Origin: Candidatus Hydrogenedentota bacterium
GTDB lineage: Bacteria > Hydrogenedentota > Hydrogenedentia > Hydrogenedentales > SLHB01
Direction of reading: 5' to 3'
DNA length: 64,000 nt
Assembly (NCBI GenBank): GCA_963674865.2
Contig: CAXXYE010000007.1
Location: 320,001-384,000 of the forward strand
Shown: positions 9,440 to 19,149 of the stretch, in pieces
Position numbering within the stretch: position 1 is the stretch's first letter
How the letters are laid out: each line of letters begins with the position of its first letter
Translations under genes and position numbers: made by a program
Notes under the pieces: generated by a model
Database searches by the model: none
The model's input: only the letters and a program-made list of their open reading frames with translations
What the model was told of the DNA's origin: nothing

Positions 9440-10330
9440 CTAGCCTTGCATATCTTCGCCGTTTGCTGAGGGCCGCGAGGCGACGTGGGGCAGAATATAT
9501 GGCGCGTCGAGACAAAGCCGGAGGCCGAGGAAGCCGAACCGGGCCTTTTGACCCAGAGCGTAGCTGTAGGCCGACCGGCAACTCAAGGGTTCGCTGACCC
9601 AGCCCCCTCCGCGCATGACTCGCGCCGGGCCCGCCGTGTCAATGTTCGGGTTATAGGTGACGCCGTAACGGTCCTGGCACCATTCCCAAACGTTGCCGTG
9701 CATGTCATAGAGGCCCCATGCATTGGGCGGAAAGCTCCCGACGGGCGTTGTGGCCGCTCGGTACGCGCCGCCGGGTCTCCCGGCGTACCGGTATTCGCCA
9801 TTGTAATTGGCGCGGTCCGTGCTGATGGCGTAACCGAAATTAAAGGGCGAGGTCGTGCCCGCGCGGCAGGCGTATTCCCATTCGGGCTCCGTGGGCAAGC
9901 GGAATTGTAAGCCCGTGCGGTCGTTGAGCCGCTGGATAAACACTTGGCAGTCCTCCCAGGAGACGCATTCGGCCGGATGGATGTAGCTGTGAAACTGGAA
10001 GCCCCTTCCGTCGGTACCATCATTGCCCATGACCGCGACCCACTGGGCCTGGGTGACCTCGTATGCGCCCATCCAAAAACCGCTAGCAATGGCAACCTCC
10101 CGCTGGATTTCATCCTCGGGATCACGTTCCGGCTCCGACGGCGGGCTGCCCATGACAAACGTGCCCGGCGGCACCCATACCATCTGAATTCCCGCGATCA
10201 ACCGTTCCTCGCCGGGCAGCCCCGGCCTCAACGGCTCCATCCGCGGCCGCGGTTGGCCCACCTTCGCCCCTTCCGGGCAGCCTACCCCCAGCAGCGCTAT
10301 CATAATGAGAAGACATGCCATGCGTTTCAT
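9440..10330 (-). CDS. Lipoprotein with FGE/SUMF1 domain
   Basis: MKRMACLLIMIALLGVGC lipobox; RLPTEPEWEYACRAG, NAWGLYDMHGNVWEWC. Confidence 0.88.
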   Translation of the reverse strand: MKRMACLLIMIALLGVGCPEGAKVGQPRPRMEPLRPGLPGEERLIAGIQMVWVPPGTFVMGSPPSEPERDPEDEIQREVAIASGFWMGAYEVTQAQWVAVMGNDGTDGRGFQFHSYIHPAECVSWEDCQVFIQRLNDRTGLQFRLPTEPEWEYACRAGTTSPFNFGYAISTDRANYNGEYRYAGRPGGAYRAATTPVGSFPPNAWGLYDMHGNVWEWCQDRYGVTYNPNIDTAGPARVMRGGGWVSEPLSCRSAYSYALGQKARFGFLGLRLCLDAPYILPHVASRPSANGEDMQG

Positions 10331-10478
10331 CGTCCCGCTCCTTTCCACCGTCGTCGTTGCATCTGTTAAGTGAGGAGCAAGGCGTGTGCCGGGGCCCTTG
10401 TGACAAGGAGGTCACGGGCACGAGCGGCCGAGCTAGATTTGACCCGGAATGAGTCAAGGTCTTGAGGTGGGGCCCCGG

Positions 10479-11390
10479 TTACTTGAGTCTCAGGGCAAGG
10501 GCGGCCATTAAGTCACTGGCCAACCAGGCGCCGACGGTTTCGGGATCCGGCAGCCCGGTAGGCTGATAGCCGTGGTTCGTGGCCACATACTGTCCCGGAA
10601 CCCGGCGGTTTAGGGGCCACGTCGCGCTGCTGCAAGAAGCGAGGATGGTCCGTGTCTTCACGTTCGTAGCTTGGAGACGGAAGACGTAGCCGAACCGGTC
10701 ATCGGGGCGGGAGCTGATCAGGACCTCAACCAGCAAGTCTGCGTTCTTCTTGAGCGCATTCGTTTCGATCAGTTTTGTCGGCTCGTCGCCCAGGGGCGTT
10801 TGCGCCGTCTCCGCGGCGGTCATCCGAAGTACCATGGCCCGGTCCACAACGTTGACGCCGTTTTGAATGAGCGGCTGCGTTATGGCGTCCTCAAGACGCC
10901 AGGTCCACTGGTCCGTCCTCGCCCTTCCCTCGCCCGTATCTCCCCGGAACTCCCGAGCCGCGACTGCAGTGCCCACGGTGTCGGTTGTGCTCTTTTTGCC
11001 CCCTTCGTTCGCGGTTGATGTCTCGACGTAACCCACCTTGAGCCGCTCGTTGCTGGCCCACTCGCGCACGTCCGCACTGAGCTCACGGTTGACGTAGACG
11101 AGCATCCGCGGGCTCCCTGCTTTGCGGTAACCAGCCAGGAAGTCCTTAACCGTCGCGGCGTCGGGCGCCACGGCTTGAGGCGACACCTCAATAGCCGCAG
11201 GCTGGGGCCGGTAAGGCTCGGGGGGCCGTTGGCTATCCGGATGGGAATCTTGCGGCGCTATCTCGCCCGGCGGGGTCGGTGTATCTATGATAACCGTCTT
11301 ACTGCCCGCGCTGGCACAGCCTGAGCTAACGACGACCAACAACGTCACGTAAAGAAGCGTGCGAATCACTGCGCTTGGAGTTGTGCTCAT
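10479..11390 (-). CDS. Lipoprotein, possibly CsgG/TolB-N-like fold
   Basis: MSTTPS..LLVVVSSGC lipobox; SPRMLVYVN, GVNVVDR, ADLLVEV alpha/beta pattern. Confidence 0.6.
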   Translation of the reverse strand: MSTTPSAVIRTLLYVTLLVVVSSGCASAGSKTVIIDTPTPPGEIAPQDSHPDSQRPPEPYRPQPAAIEVSPQAVAPDAATVKDFLAGYRKAGSPRMLVYVNRELSADVREWASNERLKVGYVETSTANEGGKKSTTDTVGTAVAAREFRGDTGEGRARTDQWTWRLEDAITQPLIQNGVNVVDRAMVLRMTAAETAQTPLGDEPTKLIETNALKKNADLLVEVLISSRPDDRFGYVFRLQATNVKTRTILASCSSATWPLNRRVPGQYVATNHGYQPTGLPDPETVGAWLASDLMAALALRLK

Positions 11391-11406
11391 GGGTGTGCTG
11401 TCCTCT

Positions 11407-11835
11407 CTATGGCATTTCCTTGACCTCGATATAGAAATACTCGGCGTCCGTGCCTGCCGAGTAGGTCCGGTATGTCTCGATACCGTTTGACGGCAGGAAT
11501 AGCGTCTGCCATTCGTTGGGTCCTTCGTTCGGTTTACGTGCCGGGCCAAAGTACTGCGTGCGCACCATAATCTGCTGGTCGTAATTCGTTCGGTTTCGGA
11601 ACAAGCACCAGACTTCCAAGGTATTGGTGGCGGTCCTGTCCGCCCCCGTGTTTTGGACGGCGATGCGTCTCTCAAGCCCTTTCGTCAGGAAGCCTACTCG
11701 GTTGAGCCTAGCCTCGGTGGCGGGCGTATCGACACGTGTTCCGACGGCTGTTCCTTCGGTTAGGTAGTAGCGCGTACAGCCCGGCACCGACAGCAAGAGA
11801 AGGATCAGTACTGAGATGACGAAAAGCTGTTTCAT
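11407..11835 (-). CDS. YcfL/DUF1425-like lipoprotein
   Basis: Lipobox VPGC; FRNRT..VRTQYF..EWQTLFLP pattern; 142 aa; next to an LpoB-like gene. Confidence 0.7.
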   Translation of the reverse strand: MKQLFVISVLILLLLSVPGCTRYYLTEGTAVGTRVDTPATEARLNRVGFLTKGLERRIAVQNTGADRTATNTLEVWCLFRNRTNYDQQIMVRTQYFGPARKPNEGPNEWQTLFLPSNGIETYRTYSAGTDAEYFYIEVKEMP

Positions 11836-11889
11836 TTTATGGCTCCTTGGCTCTAAAGGTCGATATCCCGCAAAGGGCCCGGAAGGCTC

Positions 11890-12549
11890 TCATCGGTACA
11901 AGGTCCCCAATGCCTGGCTCTTCTTGAAGCGGTGCGTATCGGAGAAGACAATTTGCCCTGTCTCCAGGTCAACCATCTCAAAGGCCATCTGTGTGTACCT
12001 TTCGGTGACGCCGCCACCCACGTTCGTCAGGTCGGTGATTCGCCCGCCCAAGCGATAACCGGCGCCTAGCGTAGTTGCGGCGCCGGGCGTCGTGGCGGGG
12101 CCGACGGCGCCGGTTCGCTTGAGGTCGCGCTCGTGCTCGACCATGCCCGCGTATTCACGCCCCACGAAAACAATCCGGCCAGCCGCCGCGTTGAGAAGTT
12201 CACTTCGCAACTGGTCGATTAAGAGATTCTTGTTCAGGCGACTCGCTGTCTGGACGCTGAAGTATTCCGCGTCCACAATCACGTGAACGGGCTGGCCTGA
12301 CCGGTTAAGTAAAGGATTGGCCAGCATCTTGCCAACCATTTTTCGGCAGGCGCTCTCAATGTCGTAGGACTCGATAGCCACGCTCCGAATGTTGCTGGGC
12401 TCGTCGGGCGGCCTATACTTGCCGCTCGATCGGCTCGCGCTCTGACTTACTCCCGTGGTTACTGAGGTTGCGCAGCCCGAGAGTAAAACCAGTAAAACCA
12501 ACAAGATTATCCACGCCCTCGCGCGCTTTCTGGCCACGATACGGTTCAT
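11890..12549 (-). CDS. LpoB/CsgG-like lipoprotein
   Basis: Lipobox LLSGC; DIESACRKMVGKML, GAGYRLGGRIT, FEMVDLETGQIVFS. Confidence 0.75.
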   Translation of the reverse strand: MNRIVARKRARAWIILLVLLVLLSGCATSVTTGVSQSASRSSGKYRPPDEPSNIRSVAIESYDIESACRKMVGKMLANPLLNRSGQPVHVIVDAEYFSVQTASRLNKNLLIDQLRSELLNAAAGRIVFVGREYAGMVEHERDLKRTGAVGPATTPGAATTLGAGYRLGGRITDLTNVGGGVTERYTQMAFEMVDLETGQIVFSDTHRFKKSQALGTLYR

Positions 12550-12589
12550 TGCTTCCCTCCTCTGCGAACACGTGCGGTGAGGGCAGGCC

Positions 12590-13081
12590 TCAGCCGCCCG
12601 ATGTTACCGTGTAGTAAACGGCCCTCAGTTTGGGATAAATCGTCATGGTGGCGGCCAGGGCCTCGGCGTACCGTGGGTGCTGTGCGTTGGCCGAGAACAA
12701 ATGCAGCGCCAAGTCCTCCGCCTTCGCGAACTTCACCGTGCTTGTCGAGTCGATGAGGTCCCAACCACCGATAAGTCGGGCGGCTTGGTCGGCTGTGCGC
12801 TGGTCCTTGAGGCTCACGGCGCGATGGCGATACGGCTTGTCCCGCGGAACGACACGGTTGCCCGGATACGGAGCAACGTATGGGCTGATCTGAAGCCCGA
12901 TGCCCTGCCGTATGGCCACTACCGCCCAGTCCGCCAACTCGCCGCTCTCCAGAAATGGCGAGCAGAATGGGGCCCCCACCGGTGCTGAAGGGGCCGACGC
13001 CGTAATGCAGCCCGCAAAGACGACACCTAGAAACAATACCAAGGGCAGCAGCACAGAATCATTACGTAAGGAGTCGTTCAT
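12590..13081 (-). CDS. Hypothetical lipoprotein
   Basis: VFAGC lipobox; co-directional with the operon; SD-like AAAGGGGGAG. Confidence 0.6.
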   Translation of the reverse strand: MNDSLRNDSVLLPLVLFLGVVFAGCITASAPSAPVGAPFCSPFLESGELADWAVVAIRQGIGLQISPYVAPYPGNRVVPRDKPYRHRAVSLKDQRTADQAARLIGGWDLIDSTSTVKFAKAEDLALHLFSANAQHPRYAEALAATMTIYPKLRAVYYTVTSGG

Positions 13082-13205
13082 TAAGGTGTCTCCCCCTTTC
13101 TGAGTAGGGTCCGTTCGAGGTTTCGCAATGTATTGCCGCCACCTTTGAGTAGGACAGACGCTCGCTCTATGTTACTCGTCATGACGCCAGGTCTCAAGGG
13201 GGCCT

Positions 13206-14126
13206 TTACTCAGCCGTATCGGGCAAATTGAGGAACCTAACCATTTCGCCCTCGGTGTAACTCTTCTTACTCTTCGTCCAGATGTGAACGTTGATGAGAG
13301 CATCCGCTCCTCGTTTCATGGCTATTCTACTGAGCCTAAAAAGCACGTCGAGCTTGGCGTAGGCCGGGGGAACCTTTTGCGTAATGGGGACACCCTGCTT
13401 CTTGATCGAGCCGAGCGACGCGTAATAGCGCGGCACGTCGCCGAAGTAGATCGGTATGCCGTAGGGAGCAAAGACGGGATCATCTTGAAGCAATTGTAGC
13501 GAATCCGTCCTAACGAATCCCGCGATGTCGCTGCACCGCACACAGCCCATATGGGAGCAGTGTGCCCCCGGCCCGAAAGGGTGGGCCGCGGAGCAGAATA
13601 CCTGGGCTGCGGGCTCACCGCCGCCGTACCAGATACTCTGTGCCGAAAGCAGCATAGCTCCCCAGGAATCACCGCGGTCGAGACAACGTTCCGCTTGAAC
13701 GGAATAGTCGGCAGCAATCGCCAATCGCAGACGCTCGGCCTCTCCGGCCGCTTCCTGGCATTCTGCACGTTCATCATCGACCAAGGACGTTTGATAGTAC
13801 CAGACCCATGCATCGATGAGTTGTCCAGCGCTCTCGGCGGCGCGGGCACGCTCAAAACCGTAGGCAATTTGGCTATTACGATACAGCTCTATCTCGTCAG
13901 CGTACCGTTTTCGATTTAGCACGTAAGGGGTGGTATCGATGACCGTCTCGAATCTCCTCAGAACGGTCGCATCATCGCCCATCTTGGACGCCTTTTTCGC
14001 CTGCCTGATGAGCGAGGCGGGTTTCGGCGGTCCCGTGGCGCACCCTGCAAGTAGCGTGATGAGTAAAAGAGTTGTCCCCCCCGTGAACGCCCTGCACACC
14101 ATAGCATTATCGTTCCTATGTTTCAT
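13206..14126 (-). CDS. Lipoprotein with TPR-like helices
   Basis: LLAGC lipobox; helical repeats; start chosen to abut the upstream stop at 14135. Confidence 0.6.
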   Translation of the reverse strand: MKHRNDNAMVCRAFTGGTTLLLITLLAGCATGPPKPASLIRQAKKASKMGDDATVLRRFETVIDTTPYVLNRKRYADEIELYRNSQIAYGFERARAAESAGQLIDAWVWYYQTSLVDDERAECQEAAGEAERLRLAIAADYSVQAERCLDRGDSWGAMLLSAQSIWYGGGEPAAQVFCSAAHPFGPGAHCSHMGCVRCSDIAGFVRTDSLQLLQDDPVFAPYGIPIYFGDVPRYYASLGSIKKQGVPITQKVPPAYAKLDVLFRLSRIAMKRGADALINVHIWTKSKKSYTEGEMVRFLNLPDTAE

Positions 14127-14134
14127 CTTCTTGC

Positions 14135-15856
14135 CTATTTCCAAGGGCTGCCGCACAGGACAAGCGCCGGCTCCGATGAGGGCACTTCGAAGTGTACGGA
14201 GCATGCGCGAGTGTCTAGGTGCCTGGCCAGCCTATCAAAGCCATGCATTTCCGCCACATATTTGCCTGGCTCTAGACTTCCGCATGTGAGCAGCAGAGTG
14301 TTTGGTAATTCGTGCCAACCACGAATGTCGCCTTCCGGATGCGCGTGGTCCGCCAAGACTTTGGCAAGTTTGTAGATGGCCAAAGCCCCAACTGCCACGG
14401 CTACCGCGGGGCCCGCAGCGGCCATGCCAGCCGGTGCTGTTGACGTTGTTGTTGTGGTCGTCGCCGTCACCGCCCCCGTCGAACTCATCGTGTAGGTGAC
14501 AGTAGTAACCGTGGTTGTAACCATGGTTGTGGCGGCGACGCACGCGGCGACAACAGCTGCTGAAGCCACCCCAGAGGCCAGCATCGATGTAACGTTCATA
14601 GCGTCTCTAAACTGCGCCCTGCCCTTGAGGATGTGGTCCATTTCCCGTCCGCCCCGGGTCCTCGCCTGGTAGTCGATGGACTCGCCGGGCATTGCCAACG
14701 TAGCCCACGTAGGGGCGTGCGCCCCCTCTGAACTAACGGTGCAAAGTACTCGTTGTGCCCTGCAAGGATAGGAGCGGAACTGGATCTCTTCGCCATACTT
14801 GCCTCTACGGATCTTGGCTGGCGCCTGGCCAATCTGATGGATTATGAATGTGTTCATCTCCGGCAGGCTGCATTGCTCGACAAGGCGCTTGAAATCATCC
14901 ACGGAGGCCGTCGCAGCTTCAAGCGCCGCGTTTGATACAGACTTTGATACCGCCTCCTCGAATCTCGCGAGCAGGGCCAAGGCCTCATCCTTCTTGCCAT
15001 CACACGCCTTGAGGAATCTACGCCCCTGCGTATCCTCCTCCGGATCGTCCAATTCCGCGGCAGCAGATGAAAACACGGACTCGAAGATGACCTCGGGTGA
15101 GTCGTAGGCCGCTACCGCCGCCGGCAGATGGCTAAATGCTAGAGGGAACATCTCGTCCAAGCGCTTCAGCTCATTCTTGCTCGCCTTCTCAGGACGCAGT
15201 CTTCCCACGCCGCCGTAGAGAGCCTGCGAAAAAACGGGCATTCTCTGACGGAAGGCATAGGCCGATTCGGCCAAACGAAAGGCCTCTTCAGCCTGCCCCA
15301 TCTCCCCAAGGGTCTTGCTCGTGATACCTTCAAGCAACAGCGCTAAGTAACAATCCGACCTGTAGCCTTCTTGCTTGCTTCCCTCGTCGGCAACGGTAGC
15401 ACTTCTGAAGGAAGAGCGGGCAAGTTCATATTCACCCGTCTGAAAATCAAGAATCCCCAGGTAGAGATAGGCCATCATTTGTTCGTACGGATCACCGAGA
15501 AAATACTTTTCCTGCTCTTTACCGCCCAACGTCGCGAGCGCCTTTTTCTCACTGCGCGCAAACTCCTTGTCAGCAACTAGGCCCGCCATATTCTCCGTGG
15601 CTTCTATCAGTGTTTGTCGCGCTAAGTCCGGCCGGTCTGCGTCAAGCGCCATAGAGGCCAGTCGGAGTTGACAATCGACAATATCTCCTCTCTGTTTCTC
15701 GTCTTCAGCAACGGCGTTAACCCTAGCAATCTCTTGTTCAAGCGCTTGTGCCTTTGACTGTGGCAGCGTCGGGCTTACGCGACCTGCACACCCGATCGGC
15801 GAGATAATGAGAGCGACGATCAACAACCAAGAAATGAAACGTGAAGACCAGGACAT
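14135..15856 (-). CDS. TPR lipoprotein, COG3014-like
   Basis: Lipobox PIGC; YFLGDPYEQMMAYLYLG and DIRGWHELP motifs; AGGAGG SD; upstream of LpoB/YcfL-like genes. Confidence 0.7.
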   Translation of the reverse strand: MSWSSRFISWLLIVALIISPIGCAGRVSPTLPQSKAQALEQEIARVNAVAEDEKQRGDIVDCQLRLASMALDADRPDLARQTLIEATENMAGLVADKEFARSEKKALATLGGKEQEKYFLGDPYEQMMAYLYLGILDFQTGEYELARSSFRSATVADEGSKQEGYRSDCYLALLLEGITSKTLGEMGQAEEAFRLAESAYAFRQRMPVFSQALYGGVGRLRPEKASKNELKRLDEMFPLAFSHLPAAVAAYDSPEVIFESVFSSAAAELDDPEEDTQGRRFLKACDGKKDEALALLARFEEAVSKSVSNAALEAATASVDDFKRLVEQCSLPEMNTFIIHQIGQAPAKIRRGKYGEEIQFRSYPCRAQRVLCTVSSEGAHAPTWATLAMPGESIDYQARTRGGREMDHILKGRAQFRDAMNVTSMLASGVASAAVVAACVAATTMVTTTVTTVTYTMSSTGAVTATTTTTTSTAPAGMAAAGPAVAVAVGALAIYKLAKVLADHAHPEGDIRGWHELPNTLLLTCGSLEPGKYVAEMHGFDRLARHLDTRACSVHFEVPSSEPALVLCGSPWK

Positions 15857-16172
15857 GCTGGAGCCTCCTAAAAGAGGGTATCTAATTACTACGCAGCTTC
15901 ACGGTCCCCCTGTTGCTTCAGACCAAACGCCATTCCCCCAAACCGAAACGGCCCAAGACCGTCGACCTTGCGGGGACAGAGAGGTGAACCGCACCCCTGA
16001 TTCCCTCAGGTACCCAACGATGCATCATGCCCCCTTCCCAAGGCCTTCCGACAAAGTCTCAGAAACTCCCTCTAGTTGCCGCTTGCAATGAAAAACACTA
16101 ATAACATAAAAAGCATTTCATGTCAAGGTGAAAATAGAGAATAACGCTATATGTCCAAGGACTTGGCTAAAT

Positions 16173-18938
16173 CTATGGCCCTTTTCTGACCACCCGAAAA
16201 CCATACTGGCAATTGGTCGAGTAGGCGTTGTCAAAGAAACGGCTCGTACTTCGGAGCCGACGGATAGGGGAGGAAGAACCGCCGCCTCGCAGCACATGTC
16301 GCGTGGTGCCGCCGGCAGTGCCCGTTGGATCATGTTGCGGACTTCGCCGGTAATAGTCCTTGTCGTAGAGGTCCATACACCACTCCCAGACGTTTCCTGC
16401 GAGATGGTACACGTCGGTGCCGGGGGTACCGCCCCTCGGGAAACTGTATACGGGTTTGAGCGAAGTAGACGGTACTACCCAAGGCTGGTCAAAGAGCGCC
16501 AGGCTCGGAGAAGGAACGCTATTGCCCCAAGGGTACACCCTCTGGGCTGCGCCCCGGGCCGCATACTCCCACTCTGCTTCCGTAGGTAGCCGGCAAGACC
16601 TGCCGGTCTTTCGTTCAAGCCACCGGCAAAACTCTAGAGCGCCGTACCAGGTGACCTCGTTAGCCGGATGGTATTCGCAACCCGAACGTGCGCGAAACCT
16701 GTCCCCCTCGCGGACGAGCGTACAGTCCTTACTCAGGCCGATGAGGCGGCTGCTCAAGGCGCCGCGCTCATTCAAGAAGGCGGCAAACTGAGTGGCCGTA
16801 ATTTCGTAGCGCGAGAGATAGAAATCAGACACTGTCACGGTGTGGACCGGCGCCTCGTCGGAATAGGCGTCGGGGGACTCGCTCCCCATGGCGAACGTGC
16901 CCCCTTTAATGAAGACCATCTCGGGATCGAGTGAGACGACTCCCGAAGGTGGGGACGCTGACAGAGACTCAAGCACGGCGGCATCCTCCTCAGGCGGGGG
17001 CGAGGACACCGTGGGGGGGCGCGCGTCAGTGGATACCGTTTCCGCAACCGAGTGCTCGCTATCTTCGGATGTCGTTTTCGCTGCCGGCATGGGTACCGCA
17101 ACAAGACTCTGTTCCTGTGCCTCTTCCTCCAAGAGCACGTAGGTCGTTGCAATGCATCTGGCCTCGCCAGTATTCCTCACGCGGCTGTTTACAGACGAGA
17201 CAGACATACTGCGTTCTAGGTTCGTGACATCAAAAAAGAACTTGAAAGCCTTCAGCGCGTTTATGAATGCATCGACTTGGTCTGACGTGCCCCGGGCCTC
17301 GACGTTGAACGGCACCTTCTCGACGCGCCCATTCCGTCTCCCAGCCAATGCCTCCAGTCTGAGTTGAACGCCCTTTTCCTCCGCCAGGCTCTCCAATAAC
17401 TTCGGCAGCAGAGGCAACTCCCGTTTTTTCGGCAAACGTCCGTCATTGGCGAGCCCCACCAACGTGTCGAGTGTTACAACCTGTTGGGCGGGTTCAGTGC
17501 CTTCTTTCACTGGCTCTGTCAGGTCCTCCTCTCCAACCGCTTCTTTAGAGGGCTGCTGGGCCGTGGCCGCCGTCCCTTCCGCTGCGCCGGTCAGCTCATC
17601 CTCGGTCATTGTTGCCCCGGACGTCTCGGCCTCCTCCAGCGCCAAGGGAGAGGTCATTCCCTTCGCTACGGGCCTCTTGTCCCCCGCGACGGCTGCAGCG
17701 TCCTCAAGCGGCTCTGTAGACGATGTCTCAGGTTCCGGCGGCTCCGCGACGGGGGCGCGTTCTTCCCCTTTCTCGATGGTCTCGCCCTGCAGCGACAGTG
17801 GGGGCTCCGGCCACGGTTCCGTCCCCGCAGGAGTACGTTTCTCCTGGCGTATGACCAGGAACAACGACAGGGCCAGTATGACCAAGGCGGTGGCCATCGG
17901 CACAGCCCATTTCACCTTGCTCCTTCGTTGCGTAGCACGGCCGAGAGCACTGCGCAGGGCGGACGCGGATTCGTAGCGTTCCTCTGCGTTTGGCTCCAGA
18001 CAGGTTAGGACAACGGTGTCGAGACCCTTCGGCGTCTCGGGACTTATCTGAGAAGGGCGTTTCACACGCCCCACCGGGATCTCCCCGGTCAGCATCTGGT
18101 AGAGGATAACCCCAAAAGAGTAGATGTCCGCGCGCTGGTCCAGCTCGCGGAGGTGGACGCCCTGTTCGGGGGCTTGGTAGTACGCCGTACCCAGGGCCAT
18201 GCTTGACTTGGCCAGGCGGCCCGGCGACATGAGTTTCGCCAGGCCGAAATCCAGCACCTTGATAGACCCGTCGGGCCGCACCATGATGTTCTGCGGCTTG
18301 AGGTCGCGATGGATGGTATTTCTGTGGGCGTACTCCAGGGCATCGCAGAGTTGGTGTGCGATGCCCAACGCCTCATCCACCGGCAGCCGCCCGCCGCGTT
18401 CCTGCAACAGGCGATGGAGCGTCCTTCCTTCGACGTACTCCATCGTGAAGAAGTAGAAGCCGCGGCGCTTGTCCGCCGCGAGGTCGTATACCCGCACGAT
18501 GTTGTCATGGCTCAACTGCTGGCTGATGGCCACCTCGGACCGGAACCGCTGCCGGGCGCCCTCGCTCCTGAGCAGCGACGGCAGCATCACCTTGAGGGCC
18601 TTCTCCAGGCCCAGGTGGCGGTCCTTCACATGGTAGACGGCGCCCATGCCGCCGAATCCGAGTTGCTTCACCACCTCGAATCGCTTGGCCACTACATCGC
18701 CCGTTTTCAGCAGGACGGCTTCTTGCTCCCGGATGAGGTCCGGGTCCAGTTCGCTCCCCTGGGGCAGGAACGGTTTGAGCTGATCCTCCGCCCACGTTGG
18801 CGACTCCCCTGCGGAGACCATCCCTGGGGCAAAAGCCTCCCCCGGTGCCCCTTCGGGCGCCTCGCCGGCCCCGCGGTCACCCTCCCAGCGCGTTGGGCTG
18901 TCGCCTTCGCTGTCTATCTCGGGCGGTTCATGTCTCAA
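16173..18938 (-). CDS. Ser/Thr kinase + TM + acidic linker + PilO-like domain + FGE/SUMF1 domain
   Basis: GFGGMG, HRDLKPQN, DFG; TM WAVPMATALVILALSLFLVI; LPKKRELP..VPFNVEARGT..FINAL (PilO-like); RLPTEAEWEYAARG. Confidence 0.88.
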   Translation of the reverse strand: MRHEPPEIDSEGDSPTRWEGDRGAGEAPEGAPGEAFAPGMVSAGESPTWAEDQLKPFLPQGSELDPDLIREQEAVLLKTGDVVAKRFEVVKQLGFGGMGAVYHVKDRHLGLEKALKVMLPSLLRSEGARQRFRSEVAISQQLSHDNIVRVYDLAADKRRGFYFFTMEYVEGRTLHRLLQERGGRLPVDEALGIAHQLCDALEYAHRNTIHRDLKPQNIMVRPDGSIKVLDFGLAKLMSPGRLAKSSMALGTAYYQAPEQGVHLRELDQRADIYSFGVILYQMLTGEIPVGRVKRPSQISPETPKGLDTVVLTCLEPNAEERYESASALRSALGRATQRRSKVKWAVPMATALVILALSLFLVIRQEKRTPAGTEPWPEPPLSLQGETIEKGEERAPVAEPPEPETSSTEPLEDAAAVAGDKRPVAKGMTSPLALEEAETSGATMTEDELTGAAEGTAATAQQPSKEAVGEEDLTEPVKEGTEPAQQVVTLDTLVGLANDGRLPKKRELPLLPKLLESLAEEKGVQLRLEALAGRRNGRVEKVPFNVEARGTSDQVDAFINALKAFKFFFDVTNLERSMSVSSVNSRVRNTGEARCIATTYVLLEEEAQEQSLVAVPMPAAKTTSEDSEHSVAETVSTDARPPTVSSPPPEEDAAVLESLSASPPSGVVSLDPEMVFIKGGTFAMGSESPDAYSDEAPVHTVTVSDFYLSRYEITATQFAAFLNERGALSSRLIGLSKDCTLVREGDRFRARSGCEYHPANEVTWYGALEFCRWLERKTGRSCRLPTEAEWEYAARGAAQRVYPWGNSVPSPSLALFDQPWVVPSTSLKPVYSFPRGGTPGTDVYHLAGNVWEWCMDLYDKDYYRRSPQHDPTGTAGGTTRHVLRGGGSSSPIRRLRSTSRFFDNAYSTNCQYGFRVVRKGP

Positions 18939-19084
18939 TGGCCCCCATGCTCCCCTTCTCGCCTCCCGTCACGGGCCAGTATAAGTAGACAGGGACGGGT
19001 CTGGCAACTCCACCGGCTGACACGGAGCATTCGCGAACGAAGCCATACTCAACCGTGGCGGTCCCTACATTTAGCTAACTCCAC

Positions 19085-19116
19085 AAAGAAAAGGCAGGAG
19101 TGTTCCCACTCCTGCC
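19085..19116 (-). terminator. Rho-independent terminator
   Basis: 10-bp stem GGCAGGAGTG/CACTCCTGCC with 4-nt loop, followed on the minus strand by TTTTCTTT, just after the 19150 stop. Confidence 0.8.
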
Positions 19117-19149
19117 GAAATCGTCATCTTCTGTCGCCGGATTCACCTT

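Noticed and set aside
9440..9640. FGE lipoprotein as a fourth DGR target
   Set aside because: The C-terminus diverges (GLRLCLDAP plus extension), lacks the invariant 27-nt tail and has no trailer hairpin. The same holds for the gene ending at 16173.
11285..11294. CTATGATAAC match to the sequence near 52123 as the second att site
   Set aside because: Only 10 bp and inside an intact lipoprotein gene; compatible with chance.
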